A stretch of 64,000 nucleotides of DNA, from contig JAHLWR010000014.1 of assembly GCA_019057815.1 (NCBI GenBank), positions 1 to 64,000 on the forward strand, in the 5' to 3' direction. The position numbers were made by a program, and so were the translations under genes. The notes beneath the pieces were generated by a model. It was not told the DNA's origin and ran no database searches. It saw only the letters and a list, made by a program, of their open reading frames with translations. Origin of the DNA: Candidatus Heimdallarchaeota archaeon. GTDB taxonomy: Archaea; Asgardarchaeota; Heimdallarchaeia; Heimdallarchaeales; Heimdallarchaeaceae. This document shows positions 28,956-39,310 of the stretch, piece by piece (position 1 is the stretch's first letter; the number at the start of each line of letters is the position of its first letter).

Positions 28956-29084
28956 TATTTTAATTCTAGGATTTCAATATTTAAACAATTAATCACGATT
29001 TACATTTAAAAACTCCTTAGCTGCTTTGAAGAAAATAGTTCTAGAGCGTTGTAGTCGATCTAATTGAACCTAGTTCTTTATTTA

Positions 29085-30845
29085 TTAAGTAGAGTTCTTT
29101 TTAGATAGTCTCTTCTTTAAAGTAATGACAATAAAAACTATCAAGGTGAAAAGCTGGATAATGAAACCAGAACTAGTATCGGTAGTACTATCGGTTGAAA
29201 TGGTGGTAGAAGTTTCAGAGGTTAAGGTAGTTTCAGAGGTTAAGGTAGTTTCAGTAGTGGTGAAATCGTTAGTGGGGTAGGGATCAGAAGACATGCGTTC
29301 GCCATCGATAGGGTAGGTTCCTGTACCATCCCAATCAGACCAGAAGTTGCCAGTATTAGTATCCTTATCGTACCACTGATTACTGAAACCCTCATCATAC
29401 GCTTGAGCGAAGCCATTTGGAGTCCCATCTAGATTGTTATCTACAAATGTGTTGGAGAAGATTTTATTCCCATTAGAAGCTTCCGTAATAGAAGCATCCG
29501 CAAGGATAATTCCATATCGGATATTTTCAAGTAAAAGGTTAGAAGCTATAAGGGAAAAACTAGAACCTTTAAGATAGATACCATAGGTGTTGTTTATACA
29601 AGTATTGTTTGTAATGGTGTGAGAATCAGCATGAGAGAGCAACTTAATTCCATAGTAGTTGTTTTCACAAATATTACTCGTGATTATAGGGTAGATGTTG
29701 ACTGGTACTGCATAGCTGGAACATATCCCATTTTGAATGTTATTACTGCAAGTGTTTTCACTAACAAAAGTATTATCACAAATAGATAAAACCATGCCTT
29801 CTAGAGAGTTATTACTAAATGTATTGCCAATGATAGTGGTTGAGAGAGTTCTTGAGAAATAAGCACCTCTAGTATATCCAGTAAAAGTGTTGTTAAGGAC
29901 AGAAAATATATTGCAATATTTAAGGGTTATACCATGAAAACCTCTGCTACAATCATTCTGCTTAATGGTAAAATTAGTAGAATAGTAAATATAGATGCCA
30001 TAAGCACTGTAAACACAAATATTGTTAAGAATGAGAATGTCAATAGAGGAGTCAATACTTATTCCACCGAAATTATTGAAAAAGCAAATATTATCTGTGA
30101 TATTGATGAAAGAAGAGGAAACGATACGAATACTAGATTCGTGTATATCAAGATCATTATCCGAAATTTCAGAGAATTGACAATTAAGTATCCCTATACC
30201 AAAACGAGTGTTGGTGCACTGATTGTACTGTATCACAGAATAATCGGATTCAATAATATAAATATCAACATAACCATTAGAATAGCAAGAATTTGAAGTG
30301 ATATTACCATAACTGGAATTGTACAACCCTAAACCGGCTATGTTGTGGTGAAAACTATTATTGTAGATTGTCGCATCATTTGATGAATCTAAAAATAACC
30401 CATAAGTAGTGTGGTAACAACATGTAGTGTTGCTAACAGAAGCAGTAGAAGTGAAAACATTGTCAAGAACAATACCATAAACAACTGCTGAAATATAACA
30501 ATCTTTGATAAGAAAGTGTCTAGTTGTGTTGAAAATGTATATCCCAATGCTTTCAGAGGTTGTGATACTTAAATCCTCAATAAGATAAGGATTTTCTTTT
30601 GTCCCATTACCTGGGAATTCATAATCTGTAAAATTGTCGTCATAACCAATAATTACTGAAGCACTAATTTTCCAATATGGATCCGTTAGGAGTTGGTTCA
30701 TCTGCAAGACAGATTGGGATAATGGTTGATATTTCGTTTCTTCAGAAATTGGATTGTTTTGAGAATTATAAGGAGAAAAAAGAAGTAAACAGATGAGCAA
30801 ACTGTAAAAAATTGTTTTTAGTTTTAGTCCAGTATTCACAACCAT
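29085..30845 (-). CDS. NosD/pectin-lyase-like right-handed beta-helix surface protein with Thr-rich linker and C-terminal TM
   Basis: GNGTKENPYLIE, repeated 'GI.L......I..N.C..N', GNFWSDW, TTTETTLTSE linker, TM plus basic tail. Confidence 0.88.
   Translation of the reverse strand: MVVNTGLKLKTIFYSLLICLLLFSPYNSQNNPISEETKYQPLSQSVLQMNQLLTDPYWKISASVIIGYDDNFTDYEFPGNGTKENPYLIEDLSITTSESIGIYIFNTTRHFLIKDCYISAVVYGIVLDNVFTSTASVSNTTCCYHTTYGLFLDSSNDATIYNNSFHHNIAGLGLYNSSYGNITSNSCYSNGYVDIYIIESDYSVIQYNQCTNTRFGIGILNCQFSEISDNDLDIHESSIRIVSSSFINITDNICFFNNFGGISIDSSIDILILNNICVYSAYGIYIYYSTNFTIKQNDCSRGFHGITLKYCNIFSVLNNTFTGYTRGAYFSRTLSTTIIGNTFSNNSLEGMVLSICDNTFVSENTCSNNIQNGICSSYAVPVNIYPIITSNICENNYYGIKLLSHADSHTITNNTCINNTYGIYLKGSSFSLIASNLLLENIRYGIILADASITEASNGNKIFSNTFVDNNLDGTPNGFAQAYDEGFSNQWYDKDTNTGNFWSDWDGTGTYPIDGERMSSDPYPTNDFTTTETTLTSETTLTSETSTTISTDSTTDTSSGFIIQLFTLIVFIVITLKKRLSKKNST
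29211..29254. repeat. 18-bp tandem repeat (about 2.4 copies) encoding the TTLTSE linker
   Basis: AGTTTCAGAGGTTAAGGT x2 plus AGTTTCAG. Confidence 0.85.
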
Positions 30846-31011
30846 CCATATTCACCAATAGTACAACTGTTATATATTTTTTGGAAAATAAGTGACATTT
30901 ATCTCTCTTAAAGATAACAAAGAACTACCACTTAAATATAAGCATAACATCAACCTACCTCTGCATATTATAGTTAAGAAAAAGAAAAAAAAAGGTTATA
31001 GATATTTGAAA

Positions 31012-32043
31012 TCAGAACCAAGTATAATCTAATAGATCTTCCTTTTGTGGTTTTTGATTTAAGCCCTGAAATGCGAGAGCATAAGCATTAGTGTTGACGT
31101 AAGCATAATTAAACGATTGAATATCAGTATACCCTTGACTTAATCTCTCGAAGAAGAAATGGGTAAAAGTTCCACCATATGCGCTTCCATCTTCATCTTC
31201 TGGGTTATAATTGGTTCCGTTATCACCATACCACCTTTGTGACATTGTATAATTCGAGCTTGACATTGCAAAAACAGGTTCATCTCTATATTCTTCTTTA
31301 AAATATTCTCCTACGAAATCTCCGCTATAACAAGAATCAACCAATAAAAATATATTTTGAGAATCTAAGTCTAGCAATTTTTCAACGAAGTCATTGGAAC
31401 AAATTTCATAATTTTGAGTACCTCCAACTTGGTAAACCCAAGATGCCTTGTCATCACCTCTCCATCCATACTGACCATGTGCAATTATATAGATAAAGAC
31501 TAGTGAATCGTAAGTTTCAATTGCATCGAGAGCATCGATAGCATCCTCCCAATCTTCCTCATCTTCGTAATATATGAAATCAGTAAAACTTTCATTGGTT
31601 TTAAGTTGATCAGCTAATTCTTCCATAATAGACTGATTAGCTACATCAGAAGCCCAAAGGAAGAGTGCTACACGTCCATCTAGCTCAAAGTTTTGTGTAT
31701 GGGAGCTACTTTGAGGTAAAACATTTTGATCTTGCTGATTAAATCCTAATTTGTATATGCGTATTGAATAGATTTTGAATCGTTCAACAGTCCAAGTAAA
31801 TTCATAGTAACCGTTACTATCAGTATAATCGCATCTTTTCACGTTTCCATCTTCAAGTAGTTCTACTTTGACGTTCTCTACAGGTCGGTCTAATCCTTCA
31901 ACATCTACAGTTCCATCAAAATCGACTTCTCCATAGTATGGTGGCCATGCTTGAGTGAGTTCTGCACCCCCATATATTGCAGCTATAAGGATTCCTAATA
32001 CCAGTGCTATTGATATTTTTGACTTTTTTCGATTGTTTTTCAT
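31012..32043 (-). CDS. Secreted protein: carboxypeptidase-regulatory-like domain plus caspase-fold (C13/C14-like) peptidase
   Basis: Signal peptide, PVENVKV...TDSNGYY, and a His-Cys dyad in IIAHG and VDSCYSG. Confidence 0.75.
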   Translation of the reverse strand: MKNNRKKSKISIALVLGILIAAIYGGAELTQAWPPYYGEVDFDGTVDVEGLDRPVENVKVELLEDGNVKRCDYTDSNGYYEFTWTVERFKIYSIRIYKLGFNQQDQNVLPQSSSHTQNFELDGRVALFLWASDVANQSIMEELADQLKTNESFTDFIYYEDEEDWEDAIDALDAIETYDSLVFIYIIAHGQYGWRGDDKASWVYQVGGTQNYEICSNDFVEKLLDLDSQNIFLLVDSCYSGDFVGEYFKEEYRDEPVFAMSSSNYTMSQRWYGDNGTNYNPEDEDGSAYGGTFTHFFFERLSQGYTDIQSFNYAYVNTNAYALAFQGLNQKPQKEDLLDYTWF

Positions 32044-32241
32044 TATATCACCTTATTTTTGTTTTTTGTTGCGGAGTGAGTTCTCTAGAAACGTTTCACT
32101 TTTACACCAATCTTCATCTTCTGATGTGGAGTCTCAATGAAATGAGATAGTACGCTATTTACTGCGATGAATGTCGAAAGATGAATGCATTTGTGATGAA
32201 GATCAGTTATGTTCACCAGTCCATAAGTTTCTTTTTACTCT

Positions 32242-32483
32242 ACTCCATTCGTTGCTTTTTCGTTACTTTGTAGTAAGTAACAATAATATATATAGAAATT
32301 ACTATATATAACCAACAGAAAAAAAGTCCTTTTGTTAACTTATCACCTAAAAGACAGGTAAGGTAATTTTTTCCAATTGTAAATATGTCTAAATGCAAAC
32401 TTTTAGATATTATTGTTGTGAGCTACATAGGACACTTATAGTGACCAGTCCACATAAAGAACAACACAAGCAACGAATGGAGT
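32242..32483. repeat. Perfect 16-bp inverted repeat pair in a long intergenic region
   Basis: ACTCCATTCGTTGCTT (32242-57) and AAGCAACGAATGGAGT (32468-83). Confidence 0.8.
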
Positions 32484-33090
32484 GCAAATTCAACAGGTGA
32501 ACTGGTCATTTAATTTATTGAATATGACCTTTATAAATCCTACAGTCTCTCAAAGGATTCTTTTAACCTTCTTTATATATTAGTTATTAAAGATATAAAC
32601 GCCCTAAACCTCAAATCTATTACTTTTCTTTTACTCTTAGCCCAGTTATTAAAAGAATAGAATCAGTGAAAAGTATGAAGAGAGTTATTGGTGGGAAGAA
32701 ATTTTAGAGTTATTTTACTCTGCTTTTCAAAAACCTGTTTTTCTCTTATTAATAATTGGTTTAGTTTTTATCATTGCAATAAATCACTTTTTTCAATATA
32801 ACTATGTACTGATGAGACAAAGTTTCGTAGTTTTTTATATTCTTCTCCATATTCTGTACTGAAAAATTCTGAATACTTCTTCTTTTTCTTTATCTTTTTC
32901 TTTTATTAAATGGAGTAACCAGAAAAGAACAATCGCATCAGTAGAGAACAATATGTCCTTTATTGGAACCACTCTACGATTAACTGTCATTTTAGTTTTT
33001 GCGATTGCATGTAAAACTAACTCCTTATCACAAGGAAATTTATCAAGAAATTTTTTATAATAATACTAGAAAGAAAAATCAATTAAATTC

Positions 33091-35091
33091 TTAATCAAAA
33101 TGCTTTTTTGTTAGAGTATCTATCTTTTTTAATATTTCTGAACTACCTTCTAGTTCCTTTAATAATTCAGAGTGCTCTTTTAGTTTTCTAACATATTCTT
33201 CAAATTTTATTTTTAAATCCAAAGAAATATGATCAGAAACACAAACAATCAAGTTATCTTCGATTTGTTCAATCATTAATGCCTTTTTTTCCTCTATTGC
33301 TTCTTTTAGCATTATTTCTTCTTCTAATAGAACACTTGAGAACATGTTCACTGCCGCTATAACTGTTGCTGTGAGAGAAGCTTCATTTTCTTCTTCATAA
33401 TCTGTAGTATATTTATAATTAATTACTCCTGATTGCGTTTCTACAATTGCAACGCCATATAACTTGGATGAGGTTTTTCTTGGGTTCTTTACAAATTTGA
33501 AATCTAAATATTTTTGAAGAACTTCCTCCATCTTTTTGGTTTCTTTGAATCCCTTTTCTTCAAGTGATTTCTTATCAGATTCCTTTTCTTCAGAAATTAT
33601 CTCCAAATCAGCTATTAGACTCTTAATCTCGTTTAGCAAACTTCTGTAGCCAAATCTCGAAGCTAACTCTCTAGCTTTCTCTAAATCATCTAGAGCTCTA
33701 TCTATCTTTTCCCCTTGTGCAAATACCAATCCCTTGATAATATGAATATCACACATAAGTCTTGGAACAAACTGCTCTTGGGAGAGGACTACTAGATTGT
33801 TCAAGTAATTCAATACATTTGAATAATCAGCCAATTCTTTTGTTTCTTTAAACTTTTCAAGGAAAATAGAAGCTAATTGAAATTGACTCTTGATCAATAT
33901 CTCTATGTTCTGCATTTGATTAGCATACTGAAAGGCCATTTGAAATTTTTCTATCGCTTCTGGGATAAGATTTTTTTTCTTTTTTAACATTCCTTCAAAA
34001 TATAGTATTGTGGGTATTTGCCTTGACTCTCCAGTATCTTCCACTATTTCATAGCATCTTTTTATTGAGGTTTCAGCATCTTTTAACCTATCTTGTTCTA
34101 TTTTCAACCACACATCATACAGATAAGGTTCAACTAGTTTCAATTCATTCAATTCATCCAAAGTTCGGGCTAGATCAAGACTTAGCTCAGCATGCTCATA
34201 TTCTTTAAGTATGATATGTAATTCCGTAATATTAAGAGCAGTTATTGCTTGTGAGCGGGGATTTTTTGCTACTAATTTAAATATCTGATTTAGCAATTTA
34301 ATAGAACGTTGATAATCTCCTCTAGCTAATTCTAATTTTGCTGAATTGGTTAGTAAACTAGCTCTATCAGCAGCTAATCCCGTTTCTTCTGTTGGGATAA
34401 CAGCTGAGTTAAGCATTCTTTGAGCTTTTCTAAATTCACCTCTGCTTATTAGAACATTGGTCATTAAGTTAAGTGCAACTGATTGGAAATAAGGATCTTT
34501 TTGCTTAACAGCACTCTGTAGGATATTTCTGGAAGTCTCTTCCACTTTATCTAAAGAATTAACTAGTAAATAAGCTTGAGCTGCTAGAGTCAGGAAGAGA
34601 TTGGTGAATAACTTGTCATTCAACTCATCAGTCGAATCTAGTATCTCTTCATTTTCTTCTAATTTTATTAAGGAAGACTGGAAATCCTTTTCACCGTACA
34701 GTAAGAAGAATTCCATTGTTTTCAAAATAAAAGTGTTTCTAGGATTAGTGAGTGTTTCTAAGAATTTTTGTTGAAATTGTAGCTTTAAACTTGCTATTTT
34801 ATTAGTTTGCTGAATTCTGGAATATGCATAAGCTCTATACAAGAAGTATTCAGGACGCTCCAGATTCTCTGTGAAATGCAAGATTTGTTCAAAATTGCGT
34901 GAACATATAGACATATCAACAACTAAAAATCTTATTTCATTGTTAATTTCAGTATTTTGAGCGTATTCTAGAACTTTTTCGCTGAATAACTGCAGCACAT
35001 TTTTACTAGTAACACTGATAGAATCGACAATCTGTTTAATAATTGGATTGTTGAAAGCTTTTTCATGTCGTAGGTTAAAAGGGGCGTACAC
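33091..35091 (-). CDS. TPR protein with C-terminal longin/roadblock-like domain
   Basis: Helical TPR-like repeats, then GVAIVETQSG...ATVIAAVNMFS...LIVCV. Confidence 0.7.
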   Translation of the reverse strand: MYAPFNLRHEKAFNNPIIKQIVDSISVTSKNVLQLFSEKVLEYAQNTEINNEIRFLVVDMSICSRNFEQILHFTENLERPEYFLYRAYAYSRIQQTNKIASLKLQFQQKFLETLTNPRNTFILKTMEFFLLYGEKDFQSSLIKLEENEEILDSTDELNDKLFTNLFLTLAAQAYLLVNSLDKVEETSRNILQSAVKQKDPYFQSVALNLMTNVLISRGEFRKAQRMLNSAVIPTEETGLAADRASLLTNSAKLELARGDYQRSIKLLNQIFKLVAKNPRSQAITALNITELHIILKEYEHAELSLDLARTLDELNELKLVEPYLYDVWLKIEQDRLKDAETSIKRCYEIVEDTGESRQIPTILYFEGMLKKKKNLIPEAIEKFQMAFQYANQMQNIEILIKSQFQLASIFLEKFKETKELADYSNVLNYLNNLVVLSQEQFVPRLMCDIHIIKGLVFAQGEKIDRALDDLEKARELASRFGYRSLLNEIKSLIADLEIISEEKESDKKSLEEKGFKETKKMEEVLQKYLDFKFVKNPRKTSSKLYGVAIVETQSGVINYKYTTDYEEENEASLTATVIAAVNMFSSVLLEEEIMLKEAIEEKKALMIEQIEDNLIVCVSDHISLDLKIKFEEYVRKLKEHSELLKELEGSSEILKKIDTLTKKHFD

Positions 35092-35237
35092 TATTTTTCC
35101 ACCAAAGTTAGTATAACTAGATGATTGAATTGCTTTATTTGATTATTATATCTATTTACAATGGTTAAATAGCTATATATTTGTTTCTAAGTAACATTCA
35201 GATATTTGCTAAATATACGACGAATTGTTAAGAGTAC

Positions 35238-36080
35238 CTATTCATTCAACTTCTCTTCAATTAATTCAAATAACTTTGATCCATGAGCTGCAATGTTTGT
35301 CTCCAAGTCAGCATATTCCGAATCTTTAATGTTCTCATGCATCCAATGCGTAATCTTTGATCTATGAGCTTTATCTTTTTCTGCACCAACTAAAATACAC
35401 TTTGATCTGATAATTTTTAATTCTGCTTCAGTAATTTTTAAAGCTTTAAGTTGAAGACCACATTTCCGAGCGCGTCTAATATCAACATTGTCCAGATATA
35501 GCTTGTATTTGTTAGTTTGACCTTTCTGATCCTTTTGAGTATGAACAACACCCATTAAGAGTTTTGCAAGAGGTTTAACAATAAGAAAATAAACTATTGG
35601 AACATTGACTTTGAGTACGAACCAGTAGAAATTAGATTCAGTTAATGCTACAACTGGACCAACAAGAAAAGACAATTTAGGATTTAAGACTTTTCTACTA
35701 AGAGCTCTTAAAACAACTGCTGCAAGCATACTTGAAGTCACAAGAAAATATTCATCGGTCATAAGATACTCTAAAACTTGAACTATATCGTCCCCTAATC
35801 TTTCAGCTGTAAAAGAAGAATTTTTATTTATTTTAGAGGTGTGTTTCTCTCGTGTTTCTATGTAGATAATGTTATAATCATCTTTCATTTTCATTAATAG
35901 TTCATCCCAAGCTGAAGGAAGGCTAATGAAACCAGGAATTAGAACCATTGTAGCCTTTTTTTCTCCTTTTGGTTCAAAAGTAAGAACTCTTAATGTTTCG
36001 TCTAAATTCTCTCCTACTTGTATTATAAGTTTAGAAGCAATAACCTCGAATTCTGAACTCATAAATAGCATCTCTATCAC
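35238..36080 (-). CDS. Alpha/beta hydrolase-fold protein
   Basis: VLIPGF, IETRE, VTSSML elbow, GAEKDKAH, AAH. Confidence 0.75.
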   Translation of the reverse strand: MIEMLFMSSEFEVIASKLIIQVGENLDETLRVLTFEPKGEKKATMVLIPGFISLPSAWDELLMKMKDDYNIIYIETREKHTSKINKNSSFTAERLGDDIVQVLEYLMTDEYFLVTSSMLAAVVLRALSRKVLNPKLSFLVGPVVALTESNFYWFVLKVNVPIVYFLIVKPLAKLLMGVVHTQKDQKGQTNKYKLYLDNVDIRRARKCGLQLKALKITEAELKIIRSKCILVGAEKDKAHRSKITHWMHENIKDSEYADLETNIAAHGSKLFELIEEKLNE

Positions 36081-36130
36081 AAATATTTAACTTTTTTTCG
36101 TATGAATCTAATAATTCGGAAAATTTCATA

Positions 36131-36964
36131 CTAGAATTTTTCTTTGTTAAGAATTTCTTCTATCAGGTCTACCATAGGCTTACTATGCGCGTTTATGTTC
36201 GTACCTAGGTCAATATAAGTAGAATTTTCGATAAAAGAAGCCATCCAGCGAGTTGTTTCTGATGTATGAGCTTTATCTGTCTCTGCACCAACCAAAACAC
36301 ACTTCGAGCGAATGTTTTTCAGCTCTTCTTCAGTCATTTCCCATTTTCTTAGTTGGATTAAGCTTTTTCTTGCTCTTCGTACGTCATATTGATCAAGATA
36401 ATCATTATATTTCTTAATTTGCTCTTTTTCGTTTTTATCTAATGCGAAATATTTTATGTAAAATTTTACAAAAGGTTTAACTACTAATTTCCAGACTATC
36501 GGATGAGCGATATAAACAAAAAGCCAAGACCAATTCGGTAAGGTTGTATCTTTAACAGGTCCAACAAAGAATGATAGTTTTGGATTAATTAATTTCTTGC
36601 TTAATGCTCTAAGAACAAAAGATGCAATCATACTTGAGGTAACAATAATGTAATTTTCAACTTCAAGGGAGTTTATTACTACAGGAACATCTGCGGTATA
36701 TCTATCTGCAGTGAAAAGCTTATCTTCTTCAAGTAATGCTGTATGTATCTCGCGAGTTTCGATTACTATCAAATCATAATCTTCTTTCTTCAATTCTAAA
36801 AACTCATCCCAAGCGGAAATTTGGGATCCAAAACCAGGAATAAGGATAATTGTTCCCTTCTTAACACCTTTAGTTTTTAAACGTAGCACTCGTAGTCTAT
36901 CGTTAGCTTCTAAATTACATCTAATATAAGATTCTTCAGCTAAATCTTCGAAAGCTGAGGTCAT
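36131..36964 (-). CDS. Alpha/beta hydrolase-fold protein (tandem paralogue)
   Basis: ILIPGF, IETRE, VTSSMI, GAETDKAH, NAH. Confidence 0.75.
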   Translation of the reverse strand: MTSAFEDLAEESYIRCNLEANDRLRVLRLKTKGVKKGTIILIPGFGSQISAWDEFLELKKEDYDLIVIETREIHTALLEEDKLFTADRYTADVPVVINSLEVENYIIVTSSMIASFVLRALSKKLINPKLSFFVGPVKDTTLPNWSWLFVYIAHPIVWKLVVKPFVKFYIKYFALDKNEKEQIKKYNDYLDQYDVRRARKSLIQLRKWEMTEEELKNIRSKCVLVGAETDKAHTSETTRWMASFIENSTYIDLGTNINAHSKPMVDLIEEILNKEKF

Positions 36965-37086
36965 AGATTTCCATTTAAAGAAGTCGTTTAAATCTTTTTT
37001 TACAGTTTTTATTCTTTTAGTTGATTAGAAATATTAAAAAGTGACTTCACACTTAAAGGTATACACTTTCAGAGGACTGAACAATA

Positions 37087-37908
37087 TTGCTTGAAGATAT
37101 AACTTTGAAAAGATTTCTAACTGTAAGTGATGGTACCAAGTTAAGGGTTCAAACCTTTGAAAATTCTCCTGCGAGCAGTGAACGAATAAATGTTATAGTT
37201 ATTGGTGGTATGGGCTCCTATATGTTTGCATGGCAAATATTCTTATCGAAAATCATACATGACTATAATGTTATATTTTTAGAAACTAGAGAGAAAGAAA
37301 CAGCTATTCTTGGAACTGAAAATATAACTTTTGCAAGAATAAGAAAAGATATACTAGAAATTATTGAGCAGCTTAATATTAATCTTCAAAAAACTATAAT
37401 GATAACAACCTCAGCAGGAAGCATAGCAACTCTCAAACTTCTAGTTGACCAACACATCCACCCAAAATTATCAATACTTGTATCACCTTTACCTTATAAT
37501 TATATTGGCAAGATAGCCTTCTATTATGGTAGATTACCGCTATTCTGGCATAAAACTGTAACTAAAACTATTTCAAGAATAGGATGCATTTTTGTTAGTG
37601 GTAGAGATAAACTTCAGAGAAAATATATTTTACAAGGTATAAACAGAACGGATTTTAGGAAATATAGAATTAGTACTAGAGATGTTGTAGATTTTAACAT
37701 TCTAAATGAAAATTATGAAACCATTAAGGATAAAATAATCATAATTGGAGCAAGAAAAGATAGAATTCACCCAATCAAATATGTAAGAATGTTAGTAGAA
37801 AAACTACCACAAGCAGAATATTTTGAATTAGAGTATAATTCTGATTCACTTGGTTTAGGACTATATGATATCTTTAAGAAAAAGACAAAAGGGTTCATTA
37901 GTTCATAA
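37087..37908 (+). CDS. Alpha/beta hydrolase-fold protein (divergent paralogue)
   Basis: VSDGTKL, VIGGMG, LETRE, TTSAGS, GARKDRIH. Confidence 0.7.
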   Translation: MLEDITLKRFLTVSDGTKLRVQTFENSPASSERINVIVIGGMGSYMFAWQIFLSKIIHDYNVIFLETREKETAILGTENITFARIRKDILEIIEQLNINLQKTIMITTSAGSIATLKLLVDQHIHPKLSILVSPLPYNYIGKIAFYYGRLPLFWHKTVTKTISRIGCIFVSGRDKLQRKYILQGINRTDFRKYRISTRDVVDFNILNENYETIKDKIIIIGARKDRIHPIKYVRMLVEKLPQAEYFELEYNSDSLGLGLYDIFKKKTKGFISS

Positions 37909-38331
37909 ATCTACTTCTTCTTCTTCTTTAGTGAGATATCTTCTAGAGAAATGCTCAATCAGTTCTTTTGCAGAATCATAGTCTAGAGTCAATTGTTCTC
38001 CCCATATACTTCTAGCTCTTTTCAATTTTCGCATAACGAGACTTAATTTCAGACCTGTTAATGTGTTTCTTGTAAAAAGCTCATTACCTTCAAAATATAT
38101 AACTCCATGTTCTTGTCGATATTTTCCATAGACTTTACTAAGAGTGTAATATTGCTCATAAAGGGGGTCTAAAACTTCATCAGAGCAATCATCTTGGATT
38201 ATCTGATCAAAATTGTCTTTGACTAACAGAGAAGCATATTTGATAATTTCGTCTGCTACATTTTCTAAATTTGTATTGTCATTGACAAACTTCTCAGGTA
38301 TAGAGAGAGTCATATCTTTGTTCTTACCCAT
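37903..38331 (-). CDS. Hypothetical protein
   Basis: 142-aa ORF tightly coupled in an operon. Confidence 0.6.
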   Translation of the reverse strand: MGKNKDMTLSIPEKFVNDNTNLENVADEIIKYASLLVKDNFDQIIQDDCSDEVLDPLYEQYYTLSKVYGKYRQEHGVIYFEGNELFTRNTLTGLKLSLVMRKLKRARSIWGEQLTLDYDSAKELIEHFSRRYLTKEEEEVDL

Positions 38332-38333
38332 TC

Positions 38334-38723
38334 TTACACCTTGTTTAGTAATTCTAGAGCTCTTCCTAGTTCAATAATTGCTAAATAATCATACTCATAA
38401 TCTTTGAGAAGTTGTTTCTGAATAACTATTTTTTCTTTTAATTCTTGTATTTCAACATCTCTTCTTGTAATTTTGTTTTTTAAATTCTCTTTCTCATAAC
38501 AGCTTATTACATACTCCCATGAAGAAAAATGTGGACTAAGACTAACTTCAACTAATTTGGAATTGATTTTTTCCAATAGTTCGATGGTTTCCAGATTTAG
38601 TTGCATAGACAATTTTTGGATTTTCCTAATCTGTTTACCATCTAAAGCATATTTTGACGTCTTAACTTTTTCTGCTTTACCCATTGGAATGAATTTGCTT
38701 GGCATCTTTTTTACTTTTTCCAT
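38334..38723 (-). CDS. Hypothetical protein, coiled-coil
   Basis: 129-aa ORF with a heptad-like C-half. Confidence 0.6.
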   Translation of the reverse strand: MEKVKKMPSKFIPMGKAEKVKTSKYALDGKQIRKIQKLSMQLNLETIELLEKINSKLVEVSLSPHFSSWEYVISCYEKENLKNKITRRDVEIQELKEKIVIQKQLLKDYEYDYLAIIELGRALELLNKV

Positions 38724-38736
38724 TGCAATGATATTA

Positions 38737-39279
38737 TCATTTCAGTTTCTTTTTAACTACCAGTGTATCTACTGGTGTAGGAGACATAATTTCAATCGTT
38801 TTAGAGATAGTTATTTCATCATTGAAATCAGGATCCAACCCTCCAACACCATATGCACAAACTATATCATAAACTGCGAGTTTTTGTTTTCCAGCAATAA
38901 GTGAAGATTCCGAAAGTCTAGTTTCTAAAGTTATGATAGCGCGATTATAAACAGGAGCGATAATTTTCTTACCTTCTTCTAAAACCTTAGAGTTAAGTTT
39001 AGATTGATTATAAGTAGCAATCATAGTGTCATCTTCACCTTTTCGTAAAATGTTTAAAGATAATTCTGCAGGAGGTTCTTTTGAGGAAAAAGGAATAAGT
39101 ATCTGATTTGGGGATATTGGAAAATACTTAGGGAGCATCCATAAGGAATAATTATCAAAACTTCCTGAAATGCCTAAAATAGGAGTAATAGATACCAAAT
39201 GCTTACATATCTCAAATGGAAGTTCAACTGAATCGAACATAAGGAAAATTGCATCTATGTTATTTATGAGTTGTCCCAT
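38737..39279 (-). CDS. Hypothetical protein
   Basis: 180-aa ORF between the Nudix gene and the coiled-coil gene. Confidence 0.6.
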   Translation of the reverse strand: MGQLINNIDAIFLMFDSVELPFEICKHLVSITPILGISGSFDNYSLWMLPKYFPISPNQILIPFSSKEPPAELSLNILRKGEDDTMIATYNQSKLNSKVLEEGKKIIAPVYNRAIITLETRLSESSLIAGKQKLAVYDIVCAYGVGGLDPDFNDEITISKTIEIMSPTPVDTLVVKKKLK

Positions 39280-39310
39280 TCATCAGATTAGAAAAGAAAA
39301 ATAATAATAA

